From positions 3,919 through 67,918 of the forward strand of contig CAZQFH010000006.1 of NCBI GenBank assembly GCA_964592595.1: a stretch of 64,000 nucleotides of DNA. Reading direction: 5' to 3'. Position 1 is the first letter of the stretch; each line of letters starts with the position of its first letter. Below, one piece after another: positions 57,687-64,000 of this stretch. Under the pieces are notes generated by a model. The model saw only the letters and a list, made by a program, of their open reading frames with translations. It had not been told where the DNA came from and did no database searches. The stretch comes from an uncultured Lentimicrobiaceae bacterium. GTDB lineage: Bacteria > Bacteroidota > Bacteroidia > Bacteroidales > F082. The translations under genes were made by a program, and so were the position numbers.

Positions 57687-58389
57687 TCAACCGTGCAAGC
57701 TGATACGGTTCATCTTTTCGAAGTCAAGAATTTCAACGTATTCGTTATTGATCTCAAGTAAGCCATCTGCTTTAAATTTAGTAAGAATACGGGCAATATT
57801 TTCGATTGTCATACCCGAAAGCTCTGCAAATTCCTTTCTGCTTAGTTGTAGGGTAAATTTCTGGGTTTTGTAAATTCGGTTTGCAAGGCAAAGAATTACA
57901 GCAGCTAACCGGCCGTAAGTTTGTTTTTTAGTAAGGCAATAAAAACGACCGTTGGTAATGATGCTTTGCTTAGCAAGCAGGCTGATAATTTTAGCTCCAA
58001 ATCCCGAATTCATATTGATAAGCTGCTTAAAAGCACTGATGTCAATCATACTGACTTGCGTATCAATATAAGCTTGAGCACTATGTTGAAAAACAGCATT
58101 AACTTCAAATGAGGTCATAAGCCCTACTAGGTTTGTTGGAGAAAAAATTTATAAGATCTGTTTGTCACTTGTACCTTCAATGTAGGTTTTAACCAGACCT
58201 TCTTTCAAAATCAATACATGCGATGCAAAAGCACACTGTTTTGGTAAAACTTCTCCTTTTTGATAAAAAAACATCTACAGATTTCGAATAAAAAAAATTA
58301 TTCTGTTTATCATTTAACAGTTTGATACATGCCAGCGTATTGCTTCCAATGGCGCAATTATTCCTTATAATATCCTGATTTGAATTCAT
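57687..58389 (-). pseudogene. Crp/Fnr-family transcriptional regulator, decayed (frameshift plus in-frame TAG and TAA)
   Basis: The C-terminal HTH part is intact (LSRKEFAELSGMTIENIARILTKFKADGLL). The cNMP-binding part reads MFFYQKGEVLPKQCAFASHVLILKEGLVKTYIEGTSDKQIL*IFSPTNLVGL with TAA at 58149-58151. TAG at 58275-58277 is in the same frame. The N-terminal 30 aa or so are in another frame across the A8 run at 58290-58297. Confidence 0.8.
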
Positions 58390-58538
58390 TTACTCATGCT
58401 GGCATGCACTCTTGAAGCAATTACACTGCAATAAAGCAAAACGAGTCTTTGTTTGAATCAAAAATGTGATCGGCTAAATCGTTTTTGGTTATTGACGAGT
58501 TTGGTGTTTTTAAGTTAAGGAAATGTTAATTGTTAAAT

Positions 58539-58546
58539 TACTTTTG
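58539..58546 (+). promoter_or_regulatory. Bacteroidota-type -7 promoter box
   Basis: TACTTTTG lies 18 nt upstream of ATG 58564. Confidence 0.4.
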
Positions 58547-58563
58547 CTTTGAACCTTTACTTA

Positions 58564-59101
58564 ATGGATAGCATGAAATCTATACTTGAAAAACTAATTA
58601 CCTTTTTTGTCGTGCTGTTGTTATGTACTTAATGGCGGGATGAATGCCTGGAAAGCGGGTCACAAACCTGTTACTAAAAATCCTACTTTGGTAAAAAGCA
58701 CCACTTTTAATGGAACACCAACCAAGGCTATAATAGCCGGCATAAAAGATATTTAAGCTACTTTGGCAGATGCTGCTTCTGTTGTAGTTGACGTTCGTGA
58801 AACTTGCGAATACAAAGGATTGGAAAACAAAAGTAACGGACAAATTAAAGGTGCTGTTAATGTTGATCACAATACCATTCAGGATGATAAAAGTTTGATG
58901 AAAGATGCTGCAGAATTGGAAAAACTCTTTAAAGCTGCCGGCGTTACCAAAGACAAAAAAGTTATTCTGTATTGTTCAACTGGTGTGCGCACTGCCAAAG
59001 AATACATCGCACTAATCGAAATTTTGGGATATCCCAATGTAAAGGTTTACGACGACGGATACAATGAATGGACTGCCAAAGGTGGCGCAACCAACAAATA
59101 A
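58564..59101 (+). pseudogene. rhodanese-domain sulfurtransferase, decayed (apparent internal deletion/frameshift plus in-frame TAA)
   Basis: A signal-peptide-like ORF MDSMKSILEKLITFFVVLLLCT* (58564-58632) runs into the +1 frame, LNGGMNAWKAGHKPVTKNP...GIKDI*ATLADAASVVVDVRE, with TAA at 58754-58756. The downstream rhodanese domain keeps its active-site loop CSTGVRT. Confidence 0.65.
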
Positions 59102-59133
59102 GAAAATTGTTTAGGTTTTCTCATATTGGTTGA

Positions 59134-59165
59134 ATCCCGGAAACAGACTTCCGGGATTTTTTTTT
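59134..59165 (+). terminator. rho-independent terminator
   Basis: ATCCCGGAA-(ACAGAC)-TTCCGGGAT perfect 9-bp stem followed by T8. Confidence 0.85.
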
Positions 59166-59179
59166 GCATGAAATAAAAT

Positions 59180-59187
59180 TACCTTTG
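59180..59187 (+). promoter_or_regulatory. Bacteroidota-type -7 promoter box
   Basis: TACCTTTG lies 22 nt upstream of ATG 59209. Confidence 0.4.
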
Positions 59188-59208
59188 TTTTAAACTTTTC
59201 ATGCCATA

Positions 59209-59619
59209 ATGCCTTACAAAAAAGAAAAAAAATTTCTTGATTTACCACGCTACGCTGGTGGGAGAGAAGCATTGTCAAAATTTATACGCGATAACCTTCA
59301 ATATCCCAAAGAAGCACTATCAGCTAAAGTTGAAGGCAAGGTTGCAGTTGGCTTTGATATTGATGACAATGGAGTAGTTCACAATGTTCATTTAGTGCAT
59401 GGAATAGGCTATGGATGCGATGAGGAAGCGATACGAATTGTGCAGCTATTGCGTTATCAAAAAGTTAGTAACAGGGGTAGGAGGGTGCTTATGCACAGCA
59501 AGTTAAATATCAATTTTAAGTTGCCAAAATCCCGGCTTAGCTATGAGATTGTCACACAAAAAGTAAAGGTAAAAGAGCCAGATAAAGAAAATATTGTTTC
59601 TTATACCATAAATCTTTAA
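59209..59619 (+). CDS. TonB C-terminal domain-containing protein (no N-terminal TM anchor)
   Basis: GGREALSKFIRDNLQYPKEALSAKVEGKVAVGFDIDDNGVVHNVHLVHGIGYGCDEEAIRIV matches the TonB_C fold pattern. Confidence 0.7.
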   Translation: MPYKKEKKFLDLPRYAGGREALSKFIRDNLQYPKEALSAKVEGKVAVGFDIDDNGVVHNVHLVHGIGYGCDEEAIRIVQLLRYQKVSNRGRRVLMHSKLNINFKLPKSRLSYEIVTQKVKVKEPDKENIVSYTINL

Positions 59620-59659
59620 AAAAAATAAAAAGTGTTACTGTCGTTAATTCATTATGCCG

Positions 59660-59667
59660 TATGTTTG
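59660..59667 (+). promoter_or_regulatory. Bacteroidota-type -7 promoter box for the ars operon
   Basis: TATGTTTG lies 18 nt upstream of ATG 59685. Confidence 0.4.
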
Positions 59668-59684
59668 CAACATAAAACATAACA

Positions 59685-60005
59685 ATGATCAAGACAGAAC
59701 TTTTAAAACAGCAAGATCAGGAATTAGCTTTGATAGCCAAGGCTTTATCGCATCCTACACGCATTGACATACTTGATTTTCTGGTACAATCAAGTTGTTG
59801 TATCTCTGGCGAAATCCCCTTGAGTCGTACAACAGTATCACAACACCTTACAGAACTCAAAAAAATCGGTTTTATCCAGCGAACTGTAGAAGGTGTAAAA
59901 ATAAATTATTGTATTGATAATCAAAAACTAACCGAAATAAAACAGGCTTTCGATCTTTTTTTCAAGAGGCTTTTATCTAACCCAAACCCAAGCTGCGAAG
60001 TATGA
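59685..60005 (+). CDS. arsR: ArsR/SmtB family metalloregulator
   Basis: 106 aa; LSHPTRIDILDFL, Cys pair SSCCISGE, HTH TTVSQHLTELKKIGFI. First gene of the ars cluster. Confidence 0.8.
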   Translation: MIKTELLKQQDQELALIAKALSHPTRIDILDFLVQSSCCISGEIPLSRTTVSQHLTELKKIGFIQRTVEGVKINYCIDNQKLTEIKQAFDLFFKRLLSNPNPSCEV

Positions 60006-60418
60006 AAATCTTAATTCTCTGCACAGGCAATTCCTGTCGTTCACAAATGGCCGAAGGCTTTCTAAAGTCTTTTAATCCTGACTTTGAAGTTGTTTCGGCA
60101 GGTACAAATCCTTCAGCCGAAGTTCATCCTAAAGCAATTGAAGTAATGCACGAGTCGTTTATCGACATCAGTAATAACAAGCCCAAAAATGTTGAACAGT
60201 TTCTGAATGAGGCATTTGATTATGTAATCACCGTTTGTGGGGGCGCCAACGAAAGTTGTCCGGCTTTTACGGGCGATGTAAAACACCGATTACATATTGG
60301 TTTCGACGATCCGGCCGAAGCAACAGGCACTGAAGAGGAAATCCTGTCGGTTTTCAGGCATGTGAGAGACGAAATAAAAAACGATTTTTTTAAATTTTAT
60401 AAATCTTTAAAATCATGA
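60002..60418 (+). CDS. arsC: arsenate reductase, LMW-PTP (thioredoxin-coupled) type
   Basis: CX5R P-loop ILCTGNSCRSQMAEG plus downstream Cys residues (VCGGANESC). 4-nt overlap with arsR. Confidence 0.85.
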   Translation: MKILILCTGNSCRSQMAEGFLKSFNPDFEVVSAGTNPSAEVHPKAIEVMHESFIDISNNKPKNVEQFLNEAFDYVITVCGGANESCPAFTGDVKHRLHIGFDDPAEATGTEEEILSVFRHVRDEIKNDFFKFYKSLKS

Positions 60419-61233
60419 ATAATCCAGAAGGTATTAAACTGATGGTTCGCGAAAAATACAGCGTCCTTGTAGATCAATCCAAAACGCAAAACGAAAACTC
60501 ATGTTGTGGCTCCGGTTCTTGCTGCGGCGATGTGGATTACAGCATTTTTAGTGATAGTTACGATCACCTCAAAGGCTATGCAGCTGAGGCTGATCTTGGA
60601 CTTGGATGCGGATTGCCGACTTCTTTTGCCATGATCAAAGAGGGAGATACCGTTATCGACCTTGGATCAGGAGCTGGGAATGATTGTTTTGTTGCACGCG
60701 CCCAAACTGGTGCTTCCGGAAAGGTGATCGGGATCGATATGACCGAAAAAATGATTGACAAAGCAGAGGAAAATCTACGCAAACTGGGTTATGAAAATGT
60801 ACATTTTTTGTTAGGGGATATAGAAGCTATTCCGCTGGAAGCAAATACTGTAGATGTAGTGGTTAGCAATTGCGTCTTGAATCTGGTGCCTGATAAGTCA
60901 AAAGCCTTTGCTGAAATTTTCAGAATTCTAAAACCAGCTGGTCATTTTTCAGTTTCTGATATCGTACTCGAAGGAGAACTGCCGAATGCTATTCAATCTG
61001 CTGCTGAAATGTATGCCGGCTGTGTGTCTGGAGCTATCCAGAAATCAAGCTATCTGCAAATCATCGGGCAATCCGGTTTTGAGCAAATTAAAGTGCAAAA
61101 AGAAAAGCGCATTGATCTGCCAGATGAATTATTGCTTAATTACTTAAGTAAGGAAGAATTGTTTGCGTTTAAAAATGAAAACAAAGGCATTTTTTCTGTT
61201 ACGGTATATGCCGAAAAACCTTCACGCAAATAA
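60415..61233 (+). CDS. arsM: arsenite S-adenosylmethionine methyltransferase
   Basis: N-terminal Cys cluster CCGSGSCCG, SAM motif VIDLGSGAGNDCF, conserved Cys in GLGCGLP and YAGCVSGA. 4-nt overlap with arsC. Confidence 0.8.
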   Translation: MNNPEGIKLMVREKYSVLVDQSKTQNENSCCGSGSCCGDVDYSIFSDSYDHLKGYAAEADLGLGCGLPTSFAMIKEGDTVIDLGSGAGNDCFVARAQTGASGKVIGIDMTEKMIDKAEENLRKLGYENVHFLLGDIEAIPLEANTVDVVVSNCVLNLVPDKSKAFAEIFRILKPAGHFSVSDIVLEGELPNAIQSAAEMYAGCVSGAIQKSSYLQIIGQSGFEQIKVQKEKRIDLPDELLLNYLSKEELFAFKNENKGIFSVTVYAEKPSRK

Positions 61234-61240
61234 ACTATAA

Positions 61241-62296
61241 ATATCTGTAAACCAAAATAGCGTTATTATTAACGGAAAGCGCGGCATTGGTTTCTTTGAG
61301 AAATATCTCACACTTTGGGTTGCATCAGGTATTGCCGCCGGCATCCTAATCGGAAATCTTTTTGAAAATACGATCCAGGTGCTCAGCGAATGGGAGATTT
61401 ACAAAGTGAACATTCCGGTTGCTATTTTGATCTGAGCCATGATTTATCCCATGATGCTTCAGGTGGATTTTTCGCGCCTGAATGAAGTTAAAAAAACTCC
61501 CAAAGGGCTTGTACTGACTTTGGTTGTCAACTGGCTGATCAATCCTTTTACCATGGCATTTTTTGCCTGGATATTTTTCGATAAGCTCTATGACGCGTTT
61601 ATCAATCCTGATCAGGCAGGTGAATACATTGCCGGAGCCATTTTACTGGGAGCGGCATCTTGTACGGCCATGGTTTTTGTGTGGACGTATCTCACTATTG
61701 GCGATCCCAACTACACTTTGGTGCAGGTTTCGGTAAACGATCTGATTATTTTGGTAGCATTTGTCCCTATCGTGGGTTTACTTTTAGGCATTTCAAATAT
61801 TACCATTCCATATGACACACTGGTTGCCAGTATCGTAGCTTTTGTTGTGATCCCATTGATTGCCGGCTATTTTACCAACCGGATACTCATCAAATCGAAA
61901 GGTGAGGAGTGGTTTAAAAAGGTGTTTCTTCCACGCTTTAAACCGCTGAGCATCTAAGCTTTGTTGCTTACATTGGATTTGCTTTTCGCTTTCCAGGGAG
62001 ATATTATCACTAAAAACCCCTTCATTATCTTGCTTATAGCCATTACACTGGTGATTCAAACTTATTTTATCTTTTCTATCACCTGGTTTGCGGGAATAAA
62101 ACTAAAACTGAAACACGCCATCTGCTCGCCAGCCGCGATGATAGGTGCAAGTAATTTCTTTGAACTGGCAGTGGCTGTAGCAATTTTGCTTTTTGGACTG
62201 CAAAGTCCGGCAGCTCTTGTAACGGTTGTGGAGGTTCTGGTAGAAGTGCAGGTGATGCTTTCGCTGGTGGCTCTGGCAAACAAGTGGAAGTATTAG
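61241..62296 (+). pseudogene. acr3: ACR3-family arsenite efflux transporter, inactivated (no start codon, in-frame TGA and TAA)
   Basis: A single frame reads ...NGKRGIGFFEKYLTLWV...VNIPVAILI*AMIYPMMLQVDF...[19 protein letters not shown]...[18 protein letters not shown] is at 61433-61435 (a Trp position by family pattern) and TAA at 61955-61957. There is no ATG/GTG/TTG between the upstream stop (61238-61240) and the conserved N-terminus. Confidence 0.85.
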
Positions 62297-62298
62297 TT

Positions 62299-62670
62299 TT
62301 AATATAAGCCTTTTGTTGACGGTAAACTTTGAATTTCCCACTGCTCAAAAGCCCCATCCATATTGATGACGTCAAGTGATGAGCTTTCTTTCAAATAAGA
62401 AACAAGTTGCACACTGCGGATACCATGGGCACACATCACCACGATAGTTTTGTCTTTTGGCAAACTATCAAGTTGATGTGCAATTTCCGATAGGGGAATA
62501 TGCATGATGTGCTCGCTCAAATTTGGCCGGCCTTGTTGCACTTCCCAATCCTCGCGAATATCAAGCAAAACTGCTTTCCCTGATTTGATGATCTCGTAAG
62601 CTTCTGCAGGGGAAATATGAGAAACGTTTTCGAAAGTATATTGCTGAAATTTGGGTGTTTTGTAAGCCAT
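62299..62670 (-). CDS. single-domain rhodanese-like protein
   Basis: 123 aa; active-site loop CAHGIRS; LLDIRE and VINMDGAFEQW flanks. Confidence 0.8.
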   Translation of the reverse strand: MAYKTPKFQQYTFENVSHISPAEAYEIIKSGKAVLLDIREDWEVQQGRPNLSEHIMHIPLSEIAHQLDSLPKDKTIVVMCAHGIRSVQLVSYLKESSSLDVINMDGAFEQWEIQSLPSTKGLY

Positions 62671-62807
62671 TTAACAATAACAGCTATCAAGCTGAAATGT
62701 TGAGTTTGATGGAACCATATTCATTCTCTAATTTACAATGATATTTCCTGATCTTTTTTTCAAAGTCCTTATTCCTTGTATGGTAGTTAAAAATCCATGT
62801 GGTTTAT

Positions 62808-62815
62808 TAAATTTG
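62808..62815 (+). promoter_or_regulatory. Bacteroidota-type -7 promoter box
   Basis: TAAATTTG lies upstream of the sigma-factor gene. Confidence 0.35.
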
Positions 62816-62874
62816 TTTGGTGCTAATGTCACAAAATAACAGCTTTAACAGACTTTATTATAAACGCATCCGAT

Positions 62875-63360
62875 TTGAATCAATTTGAAACCACATATCA
62901 GGAAAACTACAATCGAATGTTCAATATCGGGCTTAAGATGACGAACGATGTGGAGGTGGTTAGAGATATTATTCAGGACATTTTCGAAAAATACTACCTC
63001 AGGACTAAAAATGGAGCTTCTATTTCTAAACCTCAAAACTGGCTTGTGAAGGCAACAATATTCAGCTGTATCGACTGGAACAAAAGCCGGAAGCGGTTTA
63101 AAGACTACGATGAGGCCCTCAATCAGGCTTCGGATGAAAAACCATTTGCTGCGATTCAAAATAATAATGTCCTTGAGTATGCCTTATCAAAACTCAAATC
63201 CAAAGAAAGAACCATCATTATCTTGTACAGCGAGGGATTTAAGTACCTCGAAATAGCCGAAATTATGGATGTGAAGCACACATCAATCGGGCAAACCATT
63301 GCGCGCATCTTAAGAAAGATGGAGAAAATTTTAAAAGTAATAAACTATGAACTGTATTGA
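62875..63360 (+). CDS. RNA polymerase sigma-70 factor, ECF subfamily
   Basis: 161 aa. Region 2 (DIIQDIFEKYY) and region 4 HTH (YLEIAEIMDVKHTSIGQTIARILRKM). TTG start is uncertain. Confidence 0.8.
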   Translation: MNQFETTYQENYNRMFNIGLKMTNDVEVVRDIIQDIFEKYYLRTKNGASISKPQNWLVKATIFSCIDWNKSRKRFKDYDEALNQASDEKPFAAIQNNNVLEYALSKLKSKERTIIILYSEGFKYLEIAEIMDVKHTSIGQTIARILRKMEKILKVINYELY

Positions 63361-63787
63361 TGAAGGGAAGCTTCTTGCTTTTTTGGATGACGAACTCGCA
63401 TCAGTTGAGAAAAAAATGATCCGGGAACACCTCAACCATTGTGCGAAATGTGCCGGAAATTTGAGACTATTACAACAGCGGAGAGAAAATCTGATGTTGT
63501 TGATGAATGAAAATATTGCCAAGGAGTATGCTGTGCCTCCCTTTAAGCCACAAGCAACAAAACCCTTTATTTCAAATAAAAAAAGACAATATCAGAAAAT
63601 TGTTTTTTATGTAGCTGCTGCAGCCATTTTGCTTTTGATGCTTTTGGTGCTTAAACCAAAAACAACTGAGGATTACATCATTTTTTCTTACAATCTCACT
63701 TCTGAATTCGATGCCAATCAGCCCATCACAAAACAAGAAATGACTATCCAAATTTATTCAAACAATGATTTCTCCGAAAACAAGTAA
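63347..63787 (+). CDS. anti-sigma factor (zf-HC2 type) with one TM helix
   Basis: HLNHCAKCAGNL zinc-finger motif and TM IVFYVAAAAILLLMLLVL. 14-nt overlap with the sigma gene. Confidence 0.75.
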   Translation: MNCIDEGKLLAFLDDELASVEKKMIREHLNHCAKCAGNLRLLQQRRENLMLLMNENIAKEYAVPPFKPQATKPFISNKKRQYQKIVFYVAAAAILLLMLLVLKPKTTEDYIIFSYNLTSEFDANQPITKQEMTIQIYSNNDFSENK

Positions 63788-63818
63788 TCATTTGTAATTA
63801 AACCAAATACAAAATATC

Positions 63819-64000
63819 ATGAAAAATTTAATTCTCTGTTTCGTCCTTAGTTTGGGTGTTGTATCAGGGTTTTCACAAGAGTTGCAAAACATTTATAAAT
63901 CCGGTAAGGTACAACTTGTCGCAGATGAAAATTATGCTCAGGGAAATGATTGGAATACAATTTTCAGGTCCTATTACGATGCTATTCAGGGCAACCACAT
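63819..64000 (+). CDS. secreted hypothetical protein (3' end lies outside window)
   Basis: ATG 63819, signal peptide MKNLILCFVLSLGVVSGFSQ. Open to the window end. Confidence 0.5.
   Translation, partial: MKNLILCFVLSLGVVSGFSQELQNIYKSGKVQLVADENYAQGNDWNTIFRSYYDAIQGNH

Noticed and set aside
58598-58870. Minus-strand ORF of 90 aa across the rhodanese pseudogene
   Set aside because: It is antisense to clear rhodanese-homologous sequence and has no motif. It is an artefact of the decayed region.
59660-59680. ATGTTTGCAACATAAAACAT upstream of arsR as an ArsR operator palindrome
   Set aside because: The inverted repeat ATGTT-TGC-AACAT is short and imperfect and overlaps the -7 box. This cannot be distinguished from chance in AT-rich DNA without footprinting or comparative data.
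61433-61957. In-frame TGA/TAA in ACR3 (and TAA/TAG in the Crp and rhodanese genes) as recoding, selenocysteine or an alternative genetic code
   Set aside because: All three stop codons terminate well-conserved neighbouring genes at the expected lengths (for example TGA at 1207, TAG at 2556, TAA at 5782). No SECIS-like hairpin follows the TGA. The same genes carry other lesions such as a lost start, frameshifts and a deletion. Decay is the simpler explanation.

Overview
The window looks like a chromosomal segment from a Bacteroidota bacterium. Supporting signs are two proteins with T9SS type-A C-terminal sorting domains, many lipoprotein signal peptides, a DUF1573 protein, and TAnnTTTG -7 promoter boxes in front of many genes. 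Most of it is ordinary housekeeping: ParC/GyrA-like C-terminus, flavodiiron protein, PruA, ClpS-NfeD-FloA, RelA/SpoT, SucC, DnaB, MnmC-like methyltransferase, CrcB, fused 2-oxoacid dehydrogenase E1, MATE, CysH, Mpl, an S9 peptidase, one tRNA(CAU), an aminotransferase and two orphan TPR histidine kinases. I found no integrase, transposase, CRISPR array, toxin-antitoxin pair or recognisable defence system. Five things stand out. (1) A clear cobalamin riboswitch (about 11615-11795) heads a four-gene operon: a T9SS-secreted beta-propeller-like protein, a T9SS-secreted unknown protein, a BtuB-like TonB-dependent receptor, and a lipoprotein beta-propeller. (2) A block at 56.9-62.3 kb has four of about eleven genes visibly decayed: a 2OG-Fe(II) oxygenase frameshifted at a T8 run, a Crp/Fnr regulator with three lesions, a rhodanese with an apparent deletion plus an in-frame TAA, and the ACR3 arsenite pump of an otherwise intact arsR-arsC-arsM operon with two in-frame stops and no start codon. 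(3) A 53-bp tandem repeat array sits between convergent genes at 47.5 kb. (4) A co-directional cluster encodes a PolB-like 3'-5' exonuclease, a DUF2779 (Cas4-like Fe-S nuclease) and DnaB. (5) A 751-aa KamA-type radical SAM protein has large extra domains. None of these can be shown to be a new system from sequence reading alone. All family assignments come from motif recognition by eye and need HMM or structure searches.
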